Notes under the pieces: generated by a model
What the model was told of the DNA's origin: nothing
What the model saw: the letters and a program-made list of their open reading frames with translations, nothing else
The model's database searches: none
Program-made: the position numbers and the translations under genes
Part shown: positions 1 to 11,144 of the stretch, one piece after another
Position numbering within the stretch: the first letter of the stretch is position 1
How the letters are laid out: each line of letters begins with the position of its first letter
Assembly: GCA_965221695.1 (NCBI GenBank)
Contig: OZ244905.1
Span: forward strand, 2,560,001-2,624,000
Direction of reading: 5' to 3'
Source: Gammaproteobacteria bacterium
GTDB lineage: Bacteria; Pseudomonadota; Gammaproteobacteria; Eutrophobiales; Eutrophobiaceae
DNA: 64,000 bases

Positions 1-3
1 TCA

Positions 4-3000
4 TCACGAAAACTCCCATTCGCGCCAGGCGCGTAGCAATGGGAAGTACAACCCGAGATGTATGGGTCGATCATCCAGGGCGGACATGATGTTGGCGTAT
101 TTTTCCAGTTGTGGCTGGTAGCGGTCCTGTTGCATGTCCAGGAATTGGTCGATGTCGCCGGATTCGTGGCGCGAGGTTTTGTAGTCGATGATCCAGCGTG
201 TGCCTTGCTCATCAATGAAGGTCCGGTCGATGATGATATTGACGATGTTGCCTGCATGGACACCGCTCAATGCATATTCGTTTTTCTGTTCCTCGTGTGC
301 GGCCAGCAGCCAGCGGCCCCTGGGGTCTTGCAGGACGCCGTTCAGCGCTTGTTCCACCCAAGCGCAGGTCGTATCCAGCTCCAGCTCGGGCACGCCCAGA
401 CCACGCAGGGATTCTCTGAACAAGGGTTGGCGCGCGCGGATTATCGCTGAATCCCAGCGTTCAACTCCTTGCTCAGCCATCAAGCGCAAGTAATGATGCA
501 CGACGGCGCCGGTGTGCATCAGGGCGCGCCCCGCCCACAGGTATTCGATCTTACCGTCTTGCGGCGCGCTCTCAGCGAGATCGTCATCCACCAAATGGGA
601 CGGCGTCCATTTTGTCCTGGGTGGCGGCTCGGGTAACCGCCAGTCCGCGCGCAACCGCCGCAGGAAGATATCCCGCGCCTCAGTAAACGAACTGGGCGCG
701 TCCGGCGGCGGATACTGCGCAGCAAGACAGTCCTCAAAATCCTGCTCCAGCGCCGGCCACAGTTGCGCCAGCAAGGTGTTGGCGGCAGGCGGTTTAAGAG
801 CCACCGATTCATTATCCGTCTCCACTTGCACGCTGCCGATCAGATGCAGTTGTTTGCGCGCCCGGGTCACCGCGACGTAAAGCAGGCGGCCCTCCTCGTA
901 ACGTTGTTTTTGCTTCTCCAGGTGGCTGATGAAATCATAAATGGGTGAAGCCTCCTCGTCGCTCGCCTTGATCGGCGCCAGCAGCAGGTCGGAACCTTCC
1001 GGGTAAGGGTTTTCCGACCACAGCAGCAATTGTGTTTCATCAGGCCGAAGCGGCCGGGACAGACCGGGCAGGATGACATGGTCGAATTCCAGCCCTTTGG
1101 CGCTATGAATGGTCATGACCTGCAAGCTGTCGTCCGCGCGGGTGTCGGCGCCGGCATAGAGCTCATCCACACGGCGGTGAAGTTCCTCCGGGTTGGTCAG
1201 GTCGCCGCCCTGGTCCAGTTCGTCCAACAGGCCGAAAAACCGTTCGGCGTTGCGTAAGTCGGCGGGCTGGTCCAGGGTGGCCGGGCCGCCCAGGTTAAGC
1301 CATGCGCCCTCTACCCAGCGTCTGAGCGTCGTTCTGCCCCGGCGCACCCAGGCTTCCTCGATCACGCGGCACAGGCGCTCCACGCGGCGCTGCCCGCCGG
1401 CGCTGAGTTTTGATCGCAGATGTTGATCGCGCAAGCATTGCAGGACGGTTCCATTCTCATTGCCGCCGCACAGAGCAAGGAGGTCTGCGAGGCTCAATCC
1501 ACTCCAGGGCGCGCGTAGCAACGCCAGCCAGGCCACACGGTCCGCGGGATGGTGCAGGGCGCGGGTCAGCGCCAGCAAGTCCTGGATCGCGGGACGGGTT
1601 TGTAACGGGTCCAGTTCCAGCGCGCGAAATGGTATTTCCTGCCGGGTCAGCAGGGCTGTGATAGCCTTCAGGTGGGAGCGGCTGCGCGCCAGTATCGCAA
1701 TGCTATCGGAGTTGGATGCGGCCCGGATGTTGCCAATCCGGTCCAGTACCAGTTCGGCCTCCCGCGCGTCATCCCGTTTTCCGCCATATACCAGGATCGG
1801 ATGGATGTAGGCGCCGGTTTTACCCGTCAAGGTTTTAAACGCGTTGGCCGGCGTAAAGCCGACCGCGCCGCGCGTGACATCCGCCACCTCGGGCAGCACA
1901 AGGGGGAACGTTTTGTTCACCCAATTTACCACTGCCGGGTCGGAGCGGAAGTTCACCTGGATTCTGACCGGATTGACGGGAACCTGGCCCAGACGCTGCT
2001 GCTCCCAGGTATTCAGGAACACGCCGACTTCGGCCTTGCGAAAACGATAGATGGACTGCATCGGATCGCCCACCAGGAACAGGCTGTGACCATCTTCCAT
2101 CGACCAGCCGGCTGTCAGTCTCTCCAGCAACACGTACTGGTTGATGGACACATCCTGGTATTCGTCCACCAGGATGTGGCGGATGCGGTAATCCAGGTAC
2201 AGAGCGAGATCGGTCGGTTCTTCTTCGGTTCCCAGCGCCCGCAACGCGCCCAGAGAAAGCCCGGTGTAATCCACCTGGTTACGGGCGGCGAACAACAGGT
2301 GCAACTGGGCATTGGCCAGCGTCAGCAACAGGTACAACGCTTCGAGCGCCAGCCATTGCTCGTCACTGTATTTGACCGGTGGCAGCCGTTTGATTTCCCG
2401 GAACAGTTCCAGCAGGCGCGGATTCTCGGAGAACCTTGCCAGCAAAGTCTGAAACCGCTCTTTCATATCGGCGCCGGCCTTGCCCGCCGGGAACCCGGCC
2501 CTTTTGTCCACGCCCTGGCGCCACTCGTTCTTGGTTGTCAGGCACAGGGAGACCGCATACTGCCAATACGGCAGGTCGGCAGCGTCCGGGCGGGGTAAGC
2601 CCTCTATCCTGCTGGGCGCGTTTTCCAGGTTGGCTGCCGCATAGCGGATACAATCGGCCAACTCCGGCAACGATTGCTGCGGCAAGACCGCCAGGGTAGC
2701 TTCCAGGGTGGCCTCCACGAAATGCGCCAGTGCGCGCTCCAGGTCGGCGCGATCGGGAGGTTGCCCCGTCACGTAGCGCAACCATTGATCGCGTTTTTGC
2801 AGCATCGTGACCAACATATCCCTGACCCGCGGCAGGTCGTTATCCAGGCGTTCCAGCAGGATTGCAACGGCAGCGCCTCTGTCTGCCTGTTGCCCGTCTT
2901 CCGTTGTGTCGTCCTCAAGCAGCTTCAACGTGTTTGCCGCCGCTTCCCGGTACAAGTCACTGGCGTCCTCAATAATATCCGGCTGCCCTCCCAGTTCCGA

Positions 3001-3414
3001 CAACAGTGGCATTTGTTGGGTCAGGGAAGCGCAAAAGGAATCGATGGTCTGGATTTTCAGCCGCGCCGGGTTTTGGGTGAGCCGCCAGCCAAGCTCGCTG
3101 TCTCTGGCCAGCGCCGCGGCTGCCAGCGGCGGTTTGTCGCCATCCTGGCTCGGGTCTTGCGACGCGCCGGCGCGCGCGGCCTCCGCTTCTTTCAATGCTC
3201 TGATGATCCTTTGCCGCATCTCTGCCGCAGCCTTGCGGGTGAAGGTGATGGCGATAATCTCTTCCGGCGCGCCGACCACCGCCAGCAGACGCAGGTAGCG
3301 CCTGACCAGCAACTCGGTTTTGCCCGAACCGGCCGGCGCTTGGACGATAAAAGACTGGTCCGGAGCCAGTACGCGATCCCGGTTTTGCTGATCAACAGGA
3401 CGGCCTTCAATCAT
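4..3414 (-). CDS. addA: AddA-type UvrD-family helicase-nuclease (double-strand break repair)
   Basis: Walker A QAPAGSGKT, TFTRKAA, VDEYQD, VGDPMQSIYRFR, MTIHSAKGLEF, LYVAVTRA and a C-terminal RecB-like nuclease (IIDR...IIDYKT). Start moved to ATG 3414, which overlaps the upstream gene's stop. Confidence 0.9.
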   Translation of the reverse strand: MIEGRPVDQQNRDRVLAPDQSFIVQAPAGSGKTELLVRRYLRLLAVVGAPEEIIAITFTRKAAAEMRQRIIRALKEAEAARAGASQDPSQDGDKPPLAAAALARDSELGWRLTQNPARLKIQTIDSFCASLTQQMPLLSELGGQPDIIEDASDLYREAAANTLKLLEDDTTEDGQQADRGAAVAILLERLDNDLPRVRDMLVTMLQKRDQWLRYVTGQPPDRADLERALAHFVEATLEATLAVLPQQSLPELADCIRYAAANLENAPSRIEGLPRPDAADLPYWQYAVSLCLTTKNEWRQGVDKRAGFPAGKAGADMKERFQTLLARFSENPRLLELFREIKRLPPVKYSDEQWLALEALYLLLTLANAQLHLLFAARNQVDYTGLSLGALRALGTEEEPTDLALYLDYRIRHILVDEYQDVSINQYVLLERLTAGWSMEDGHSLFLVGDPMQSIYRFRKAEVGVFLNTWEQQRLGQVPVNPVRIQVNFRSDPAVVNWVNKTFPLVLPEVADVTRGAVGFTPANAFKTLTGKTGAYIHPILVYGGKRDDAREAELVLDRIGNIRAASNSDSIAILARSRSHLKAITALLTRQEIPFRALELDPLQTRPAIQDLLALTRALHHPADRVAWLALLRAPWSGLSLADLLALCGGNENGTVLQCLRDQHLRSKLSAGGQRRVERLCRVIEEAWVRRGRTTLRRWVEGAWLNLGGPATLDQPADLRNAERFFGLLDELDQGGDLTNPEELHRRVDELYAGADTRADDSLQVMTIHSAKGLEFDHVILPGLSRPLRPDETQLLLWSENPYPEGSDLLLAPIKASDEEASPIYDFISHLEKQKQRYEEGRLLYVAVTRARKQLHLIGSVQVETDNESVALKPPAANTLLAQLWPALEQDFEDCLAAQYPPPDAPSSFTEARDIFLRRLRADWRLPEPPPRTKWTPSHLVDDDLAESAPQDGKIEYLWAGRALMHTGAVVHHYLRLMAEQGVERWDSAIIRARQPLFRESLRGLGVPELELDTTCAWVEQALNGVLQDPRGRWLLAAHEEQKNEYALSGVHAGNIVNIIIDRTFIDEQGTRWIIDYKTSRHESGDIDQFLDMQQDRYQPQLEKYANIMSALDDRPIHLGLYFPLLRAWREWEFS

Positions 3415-6127
3415 CCCGTTCTTGCTCCGTAAGTTGCGCGTTGACTTCATGAATACGGCAAAAAGGTTGCTGTTCGCACCAGTCGCAAGCACGCGGCTGC
3501 GGTGTTACGCTGGCGACGCCGCGGCTGAATTCGTCCGCCAGGTTTTCCAGCACATCGCGCCAGCGATTGAACAACTCATCCCATTCAGGCGAAGCTTCGG
3601 GCTGATCCGCGCCATCCAACAGCTTTTTTGCGAGCCTGTCCTGGGCAAATGCCATCGTATTCGGCAATATACCTTCAGCATCAGCCAGCCCATGAAAACC
3701 GAAATCCTTGCCTCGCTTGAGCCTGGCGTAGGCCAGCGCGGCCACGGGTTCGGGGTAGCTCACCGCGTAGAGCGGCAACTGCGGTTCCCGCGGGCGCTCG
3801 CCTGCCCAGGCATAGGCGCTGGCCTGTCCGCTTTTGTAATCAATGATCACGCGGCGGCCGTCTTCCAGCTCGTCAACACGGTCCAGTCTGGCGGAAAATT
3901 CCACACCTGCGATCGCGCCGTGCATCTCAGCTTCCATATCGACCACGGAAAACGGCGCCCGTTGCAATTCAAGTTGCAGCCATTCATCCAGTATCCGCGC
4001 CAGCCGGGCGCGTTCCATCGCGGCGAAGCGCTCGTTGAGGAACAGCGGATTATGTTTGCGCGAGTCCCTGATTACATCGCGCGCCAGGGTTTCGGCCAGG
4101 GTTTTCCGTTGCTCATCGGTCATGGCGGTCAGGGTTTCCTGGTTTTGCAGCCTTGACCAGGCATTTTCCATCAGCCGGTGCAACAGGATTCCACGGGCTT
4201 TTGCGTCCAGGCCGATATCCGCCTGTTCCGGTTGTCGGGCCTGCAACCGGTGCCTGGCAAAAGCCCGAAACGGGCATTGGGACTGGTCGCGGAACAACGC
4301 GGTCCCGCCGCGCTGGTCGCCGGCAACAGGCGGCGCGATGGAGTCCACAATGGTTTCCAGGGTCGCTTCTGTCCTGCTGCGGAATATCACCTGGTCATAA
4401 GTCGTCGCCAGGAATGGTTGCGCCGCCGGTTCCCCCGGCACAGAAGTGTTCGCCGAACCGGCCGGCGGCATCTGTATTTCGGAAGCCGGTTCCAGCCCCT
4501 GCAACAGCGGGCTCGCCAGCAACGGGCGGTCTGCTTCATTGCGGGCGTGGCTCAGAATGATATGCGGCGTGGACCGGACCAGCGCAGCCTGCAACGCCTC
4601 GGCCTGCTCCAGCGCCAACTCCGTATCGGCCCCCGGCATCCCGTACTGTTTCTGCAATGCGATGGGGATGAAAGGATTGGGCCTGTGGCGCGGCGGCCAG
4701 GCCTCCTCGCTCAGGCCCAGCATCCAGATGCCGTCAAAAGCCATCGCAGCCGCGCCCTGGGGGTCGACAACCTGGATCGGTGTTTCTGCGGTTTCCGGCT
4801 GGAAACCATCCTCGGCGATGCGCCGCAGTTGGGACAATGCCTCAGCCCGGGTCATTTGCGCCCTGACGACGCGCAACGAAACCAGCTTGTCCAACGCCGC
4901 GTTCCAGGCTTGCGCCTGCTGGTATTCGGCGCTGTCCAGCGGCCGCTCACCCGGCCAGCCCAGAACTTCAACAAACCGGGTAAATCCAGCCGCCCATGCC
5001 TCGGGCGACTGGCGCGCGGGCAGCTCATCAATCAGGGCACGGAGCTCGCGCAAAATGCCGCCCAGAATCGGAACGCCCGGTGTCTTACTGCCGATCAAGT
5101 GTGTCAGGTCGTCCCAGCTAATCGTAAGTTGCCCGCGGGAGCGCAATCTCTCGTCGAGCAAGGCCCGTTGCGAATATTCCGTCTGATGGCCACGGATAAA
5201 CGGTGTTCGCAGCAGAACGCCGAGGTTATCCAGGTCCAGCGGCATCTTGCCACCCAATGAGAGCAGCGAGAAGAGCACATGGATAAGCGGGTAGTCCGCC
5301 AGCGGTTGGCCTGTGGAAACGCTGAACGGCAGCGTATTGTCTGTGTTCGGGTAATACAGGTTGCCTGGCGCCAGCGTATCATCAAGGATACGGTGCAAGC
5401 GGGTTCGCAGCCGGCGCAGGTCCGGCGCGATGATGCCTACCACGCATGCCGGGTCGGCTTCTATGCACTGGCGCGCCCAGATCGCGGCGGCCCGGATCTC
5501 TTCGTCAATATCGGCAAAATCAGCCACTTGCGCCGACTCGTTCCGATCGTTGATCGGGTCAACACGCACAGTGACCCCGGAATTTCTCAAGGCTTCACAC
5601 AACAACGCCTGTTCCGGGGTTAACCTGTCGAAGCCGGCCAGGACCAGCTCACCGGCGCCTATGTCGCGCGCGTCGGCGATACCAGGCAACAGCGTGTCCA
5701 CAAGGGACGCGTGATCGATCCAGTTGTTGCGCCGGCAAATCGACTGGAATTCATCTGACCAGTCTCGGAAGGCGGCGGTATCCTTGTTCAGCGCGGTTCC
5801 GTCCGGAAATATCGGGACCCGGTATTGTTGCAGCCGCTGCCAGGCCGCGGCGGCCTGTGCCGCGACCGCTGAAGCCTGCAACAGGCTATGTTTGTGCGCG
5901 GAACCCTCGATCACCTGCTGCCAGAGAACGTTCGCCTGCCGATCGCTGAGCAAAACCTCCTTGGTTTCTGCGCGGGCCTCCCATAAGCGCAGCAACCACG
6001 CCTGCCAGGGCAATATATCGGGACTTTCCCAGGCGCGCTGCCCGCGCCGCAACTGTTCCTGGGTATGACGCAGACGCAGGCGGCGCGCAAGACGCTTATT
6101 TGCGCACAGGGTAGTCAGTCCGCGCAT
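3407..6127 (-). CDS. addB: AddB-like inactive helicase + PD-(D/E)XK nuclease subunit
   Basis: Degenerate helicase N-terminus, RLDRVD...IIDYKSG nuclease motif, QLPLY, four Cys (QCPF...CDWC...FC) consistent with an Fe-S staple; coupled to addA. Confidence 0.85.
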   Translation of the reverse strand: MRGLTTLCANKRLARRLRLRHTQEQLRRGQRAWESPDILPWQAWLLRLWEARAETKEVLLSDRQANVLWQQVIEGSAHKHSLLQASAVAAQAAAAWQRLQQYRVPIFPDGTALNKDTAAFRDWSDEFQSICRRNNWIDHASLVDTLLPGIADARDIGAGELVLAGFDRLTPEQALLCEALRNSGVTVRVDPINDRNESAQVADFADIDEEIRAAAIWARQCIEADPACVVGIIAPDLRRLRTRLHRILDDTLAPGNLYYPNTDNTLPFSVSTGQPLADYPLIHVLFSLLSLGGKMPLDLDNLGVLLRTPFIRGHQTEYSQRALLDERLRSRGQLTISWDDLTHLIGSKTPGVPILGGILRELRALIDELPARQSPEAWAAGFTRFVEVLGWPGERPLDSAEYQQAQAWNAALDKLVSLRVVRAQMTRAEALSQLRRIAEDGFQPETAETPIQVVDPQGAAAMAFDGIWMLGLSEEAWPPRHRPNPFIPIALQKQYGMPGADTELALEQAEALQAALVRSTPHIILSHARNEADRPLLASPLLQGLEPASEIQMPPAGSANTSVPGEPAAQPFLATTYDQVIFRSRTEATLETIVDSIAPPVAGDQRGGTALFRDQSQCPFRAFARHRLQARQPEQADIGLDAKARGILLHRLMENAWSRLQNQETLTAMTDEQRKTLAETLARDVIRDSRKHNPLFLNERFAAMERARLARILDEWLQLELQRAPFSVVDMEAEMHGAIAGVEFSARLDRVDELEDGRRVIIDYKSGQASAYAWAGERPREPQLPLYAVSYPEPVAALAYARLKRGKDFGFHGLADAEGILPNTMAFAQDRLAKKLLDGADQPEASPEWDELFNRWRDVLENLADEFSRGVASVTPQPRACDWCEQQPFCRIHEVNAQLTEQERDD

Positions 6128-6147
6128 CGCCTGGTGAGATATCCGCG

Positions 6148-6918
6148 CTATTGGGAAAGGCGGCGCGCCAGGGACTTCAGTTTCGTGATGCGTTCAATCG
6201 AAGACGGGTGCGTACCGGAAAATCCACCGGACAGGCGCTTGCTCATTTTATAAACCAGTTCCTGCAGGCGCACCGCCCCTTGCGGGTCGTAACCGGCCTC
6301 GACCGCCCAGATCGCGCCCAGGTAATCCGCTTCCCGTTCATTGTCGCGGCTGTATCGGGTGTTGGAGGCTGTGCGTATGTCGGTAGTGCGCTTGTTTTTG
6401 TGATCTTCACCGTGATTCAACTTCAGGTGGCCCAGTTCATGGCCGATCAACGCGGCGGCCATGTGCACATCCAGACCGAGCAACTCGAGCATGCCGAAGT
6501 TTATGCCGATGATGTTGATTTCAACCGCATTGTCCTTGTCGATCGGTTTGCTGTCCGCAATGGCTTTGCCTTGCAGGCTGACTTTCTCGGGGTCAGCGCT
6601 GTTGCCACCGGGTTCCACCGGCGTCAGTTCCGCTAGCCCCTTGGTGGCAAACGCATTCGGTTGTTCACCATCGGTGATGAGCAACTCGGAACGCAACTCC
6701 GAAACTTCCTCAAGCGCCTGCATCACCGAATAAAGATAGATCATCTGCTTGGAATCAATGCGCTTCAGCAGCCTGTTGTTCTTGTCGCGCAACTCAATGG
6801 TATCGGCATTGGTTCTGGCAAGATCCTCAATACGCCAGGTATGGCTGAACGGTGCGGCCAGCCCGTGGTCGGAAAACAACAATGCCAGACAGGCGCTCAG
6901 GATGATTTTTTTGAGCAT
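6148..6918 (-). CDS. Exported M48-family zinc metalloprotease
   Basis: Signal peptide, PNAFA, HELGH, EREAD, THP motifs. Confidence 0.85.
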   Translation of the reverse strand: MLKKIILSACLALLFSDHGLAAPFSHTWRIEDLARTNADTIELRDKNNRLLKRIDSKQMIYLYSVMQALEEVSELRSELLITDGEQPNAFATKGLAELTPVEPGGNSADPEKVSLQGKAIADSKPIDKDNAVEINIIGINFGMLELLGLDVHMAAALIGHELGHLKLNHGEDHKNKRTTDIRTASNTRYSRDNEREADYLGAIWAVEAGYDPQGAVRLQELVYKMSKRLSGGFSGTHPSSIERITKLKSLARRLSQ

Positions 6919-7160
6919 ACACAGGTTACCTCGTTGTCTTTAGGGACCTTCGATTCAGCGAGAGGTTCCTTGAATAACACCAGTATGCAAAAGTATACCA
7001 CCCCCTGGGAGTACGGGCGTCCAGCATGCATGCTGGCACCGGCCCGCCCCGGAATCACGACCTGATTAGATATCTTCCCCTGGAAGCGCCGCGCTGTTGC
7101 AAAAAGCAAAGGGAATGTCACCTGGCGCAACAACCGCGGAATTTTTCAGATCCTTCGATG

Positions 7161-8558
7161 TTATATAGGATAGTGACCGGGTTCACTTTCAACCGTTATC
7201 CAGCGCAGTTCCGTAAAACTGTCAATACCTGCTTTCCCGCCGAATTTACCGTAGCCGGAAGCGCCGACTCCACCAAAGGGCATTTGCGCTTCGTCATGTA
7301 CGGTCGGACCATTGACATGACAGATACCGGATTGAATTTGCCGCGCGACCTTGAGACCTCTTGTCGCGTCTGAGGTAAACACTGAGGCGCTCAAGCCGTA
7401 TTCCGTGTCATTGGCGATACGAATGGCATCGGCTTCATCATTGGCTCGAATAATCCCTGCCACCGGACCAAAACTCTCATCAGAGTAAATATCCATGCCG
7501 GCAGTGACCCGATCAACCAGCGTTGCGGACATCAATACTGAGTCGTTTGTGCCGCCAACCAAAACAGACGCGCCTTTCGCTACGGCATCCTCAATCAGTG
7601 CGTTAACCCGCTCAACAGTCTTCATATCAACAACAGCTCCAAGCGGCGTTTTCCCTTCTCGCGGATCCCCGGCAACAAGGGTTTCCACTTTATCCCTGAG
7701 CTTTTGTACAAACTCTTCCGCCACGTCATCCACAACGATAATGCGCTCGGTTGACATGCAGATCTGCCCCTGGTTCATATAGGCGCCGAAGGCTGCGGCC
7801 TTCACAGCCTCGTCAAGATCGGCATCCTCCAGTACTACTAAGGGGGCCTTGCCGCCGAGTTCCAATAAACAGGGCTTGAGATGGGTGGCAGCGCGCTGTG
7901 CGATGATTCGGCCGACTGCAGTGGAGCCGGTAAAATTTATTCGCTTTACTGTCGGGTGATCGATGATAGCGCCGACAACTTCAGCAGCCGACTCGGGTGC
8001 ATTGGTCACAATGTTGATAGTCCCTTCCGGGAACCCCACTTCATTGCATGCATCAATGATCAGTTCATGGGTCCGCGGGCAGATTTCCGAGGCCTTGAAT
8101 ATGACGGAATTTCCACAGGCAAGAGGAGTGGCAATCGCCCTGACAGCAAGAATTATTGGCGCATTCCAGGGAGCGATACTGAGAATCACACCTACAGGTT
8201 CACGCAAGGTCATTGCCATACAACCCGGTTTGTCCGAAGGAATGACTTCACCACTAATCTGCGTGGTGATCGATGCTGCCTCTCGCAGCATGGAGGCTGA
8301 CAGCATGAGGTTAAACATAGTCCAGCCGGCAGTAGCGCCGATCTCATTTGCCATTGCCTCGAGAAACGCATCCTTTTTTTTCTCAAGCGCTTCAGCGGCT
8401 GCCATCAATAATTGGCGACGGTTATTTGGGCCCTGTTTTGACCAGGCTTGAAAACCAGACTGGGCCTTCTCACATATTGCCGGAATATCCGATGGCTGCA
8501 TCGCCACGGTTTTGCTTGCCAATTCCCCGGTAAGCGGGTTAAGACGTTCAAAATTCAT
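7161..8558 (-). CDS. vdh: NAD-dependent aromatic aldehyde dehydrogenase (vanillin/benzaldehyde dehydrogenase-like)
   Basis: PWNAP, FTGST, LELGGK, catalytic Cys in GQICMS, ESFGP; clustered with hydroxycinnamoyl-CoA hydratase-lyase and CoA ligase. Substrate inferred from context. Confidence 0.8.
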   Translation of the reverse strand: MNFERLNPLTGELASKTVAMQPSDIPAICEKAQSGFQAWSKQGPNNRRQLLMAAAEALEKKKDAFLEAMANEIGATAGWTMFNLMLSASMLREAASITTQISGEVIPSDKPGCMAMTLREPVGVILSIAPWNAPIILAVRAIATPLACGNSVIFKASEICPRTHELIIDACNEVGFPEGTINIVTNAPESAAEVVGAIIDHPTVKRINFTGSTAVGRIIAQRAATHLKPCLLELGGKAPLVVLEDADLDEAVKAAAFGAYMNQGQICMSTERIIVVDDVAEEFVQKLRDKVETLVAGDPREGKTPLGAVVDMKTVERVNALIEDAVAKGASVLVGGTNDSVLMSATLVDRVTAGMDIYSDESFGPVAGIIRANDEADAIRIANDTEYGLSASVFTSDATRGLKVARQIQSGICHVNGPTVHDEAQMPFGGVGASGYGKFGGKAGIDSFTELRWITVESEPGHYPI

Positions 8559-8603
8559 ACATTATTTCCTCTGATATTCTGTACATTGATTTTTCGCTCC
8601 GCC

Positions 8604-9704
8604 CTATACCGCCTTTTTGTACATACAATTATTATTGATGGCATCGACAACACTGCGGGTCACCTCGCTTGTTGTGGCTGTGCCACCAACATCCGGCGTC
8701 AGAATGCCGGCGCCTGTTGTTTGCTCAATAGCCGACATTAATACTTCGGCCGCTTCTGTTTGTTCAAGGTGAATGAGCATTTGTACAGCAGTCCAGAAGC
8801 TGGCAATGGGATTGGCAACCCCTTTACCGGTGATGTCAAAGGCCGCGCCGTGAATGGGTTCGAACATGGAAGGATAACGTCGTTCCGGGTCAATGTTTGC
8901 AGTAGGCGCAACGCCGAGGCTACCTCCAAGCGCGCCGGCAAGGTCCGAAAGGATATCCGCTTGCAGATTTGTGGCGACTATCGTGTCCAGGCTTGCGGGG
9001 TCCAGAGTCATTCTCACAGTCATAGCGTCAACGAGCATTTTATCCCACCTGACCTCCGGAAATTCAGTCGCTATTTCTGCCGCTATCTCGTCCCACATCA
9101 CCATACCATGTCGTTGAGCATTGGATTTGGTTACGACGGTTAGCAGTTTTCTGGGTCTCGATTTTGCCATTTGAAAAGCGTAGCGCATGATTCGGGTAAC
9201 GCCCACTCGTGTAAAAATAGCTACCTCCGTACCGATCTCCTCCCGGTGACCCCTGTGGGCACGACCACCATGACCCGAGTATTCACCTTCGCTGTTCTCC
9301 CGTATTATTACCCAGTCGAGGTCCCCTGGCTCACAGTTGCGCAGTGGTGAGGATATCCCCGGTAGCAGCCGGCTTGGTCTTACATTGGCGTACTGGTCAA
9401 ATCCCTGACAAATCTCCAGCCGTAAGCCCCATAACGTAATGTGATCGGGCACATCCGGAGCGCCTACCGCACCGAAAAGGATTGCATCGAATGGTTTTAG
9501 TATCTCCAACCCGTTCTCCGGCATCATCACGCCGTGTTTCTTGTAATAGTCCGAGCCCCAGTCGAAAGTTTCAACGTTGAATCCTATTTCAGGAAAGCAC
9601 ATTTGAATTGCCTTGAGCACTTCTATGGTTTCAGCAATCACCTCAATACCGATACCATCTGCCGGTATGGCTGCAATGTTATAAACGCATTTATTTTTAT
9701 TCAT
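8604..9704 (-). CDS. ttuC: Tartrate dehydrogenase/decarboxylase (D-malate dehydrogenase type)
   Basis: IPADGIG, PDHITLWGL, FDQYANVRP, RENSEGEY, TKSNA, SMFEPIHG; the LWG/DQY signature fits the tartrate subfamily of IDH/IPMDH enzymes. Confidence 0.85.
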   Translation of the reverse strand: MNKNKCVYNIAAIPADGIGIEVIAETIEVLKAIQMCFPEIGFNVETFDWGSDYYKKHGVMMPENGLEILKPFDAILFGAVGAPDVPDHITLWGLRLEICQGFDQYANVRPSRLLPGISSPLRNCEPGDLDWVIIRENSEGEYSGHGGRAHRGHREEIGTEVAIFTRVGVTRIMRYAFQMAKSRPRKLLTVVTKSNAQRHGMVMWDEIAAEIATEFPEVRWDKMLVDAMTVRMTLDPASLDTIVATNLQADILSDLAGALGGSLGVAPTANIDPERRYPSMFEPIHGAAFDITGKGVANPIASFWTAVQMLIHLEQTEAAEVLMSAIEQTTGAGILTPDVGGTATTSEVTRSVVDAINNNCMYKKAV

Positions 9705-9740
9705 TAGCTGTTCCTGACTTGAGAGTGTAATTGATATATT

Positions 9741-11036
9741 TCATTGCCGCTTACGCAGGTGCGCCAGAAGAAGCACCAGTAGAGATGAAAAGATCAATGC
9801 AGCGGCAACGCTGATCAACCCACTATTAAATTCTCCCGTTTGTTCTTTCATCCAGCCGATGATGAACGGACCGGCAAAACCACCCAGATTTCCAATCGAG
9901 TTAATCGTCGCAATACCGGTCGCGGCGGCCGCTCCTGTGAGAAATTGGGTGGGGATACTCCAAAGGGGTGGCTTGGCAGAGCTGACGCCGGCGCTTACCA
10001 GCGCCAGTGACAGAACCACCAGGATAAGGCTGGTGGAATACGCTGCGAGTACCAGCCCCATGGCGGCGACCAGACAGGCTCCCACTACGTGCCAGTTTCG
10101 CTCGCCGGTGCGGTCAGAATGTCTGGCCCAAAACACCATGACAAAGACCGCGAACAGCGGCGGAATTGCATTGATTATACCTGTGGCCAGGGGACCAATA
10201 CCGTACTGGGCGATAATCTGTGGAGACCAGATATTCACAGTGTAAAGCCCTGCGGAGGTACCAAAGTAAATCAGCGCCAGCGAAAGTACCCATGGGTCGA
10301 TAAGGCCGCGTAATACCGACTGGGTTTTGTGTTCATTTGCCACATTCTGTTGTTCGGCCTGCATCTTGGCAATCAACCAGTTCCGCTCTTCTTCGGTCAA
10401 CCATTGCGCCTGTTCCGGTCTATCCGTGAGGTACACAAGAACAACCCCGGCCAACAGCACTGCGGGAGCGGCTTCAACCAGAAATAACCACTGCCAACCA
10501 TGCAGGCCAAGCACGCCATCCATGGTCAGTAACGCACCGGAAATCGGCGAACCCAACGCAATTGATATCGGTACGGCCGCCATGAACAGCGCAGTCACAC
10601 CCGCGCGCTGTTGCGCAGGGAACCAGTAACTGAGATACAGAATAATTCCAGGGAAAAAACCTGCTTCTGCAGCGCCCAGCAAAAAGCGCAATATATAGAA
10701 ACTTGTAGGTCCCTGCACAAACGCCATAGCGCCGGAAATGATTCCCCAGGTGAGCATGATGCGAGCAATCCAGATGCGTGCGCCGACTCGATGCAGGATC
10801 AGGTTCGAAGGCACCTCAAACAGAAAATATCCGATAAAAAAAACACCCGCGCCAAAGCCGAAAGCGGCTGCCGACAAACCGACATCTTCGTTCATGGTCA
10901 GCGCAGCAAAGCCGACATTAACCCTGTCGAGATACGCGACAAAATAGAGCAACATGATGAAAGGCACTATTCGCCGCGTCAATTTGCGAATTACGCGCTG
11001 TTCAATCGTTGTGGTCTGTGTTGGAATTTCGGCCAA
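9741..11036 (-). CDS. ttuB: MFS transporter, ACS family (TtuB tartrate transporter-like)
   Basis: YLDRVN, FEVPSN, GARIWIARI, AEAGFFPG, INSIGNLGGF; directly upstream of tartrate dehydrogenase. Confidence 0.75.
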   Translation of the reverse strand: MAEIPTQTTTIEQRVIRKLTRRIVPFIMLLYFVAYLDRVNVGFAALTMNEDVGLSAAAFGFGAGVFFIGYFLFEVPSNLILHRVGARIWIARIMLTWGIISGAMAFVQGPTSFYILRFLLGAAEAGFFPGIILYLSYWFPAQQRAGVTALFMAAVPISIALGSPISGALLTMDGVLGLHGWQWLFLVEAAPAVLLAGVVLVYLTDRPEQAQWLTEEERNWLIAKMQAEQQNVANEHKTQSVLRGLIDPWVLSLALIYFGTSAGLYTVNIWSPQIIAQYGIGPLATGIINAIPPLFAVFVMVFWARHSDRTGERNWHVVGACLVAAMGLVLAAYSTSLILVVLSLALVSAGVSSAKPPLWSIPTQFLTGAAAATGIATINSIGNLGGFAGPFIIGWMKEQTGEFNSGLISVAAALIFSSLLVLLLAHLRKRQ

Positions 11037-11144
11037 TTTTCATTCTTCTCTGTGGTCAACCAAAACCGTTACAGTAGCCTTATTCATCGTTGACAGCACT
11101 GATTGCGATGATTATATTAATTTTATGAATTATAGGCACTCCGG

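Noticed and set aside
3415-3492. Extended N-terminus of addA given by the ORF track
   Set aside because: It overlaps the addB C-terminal Cys cluster; ATG 3414 gives a normal coupled start.
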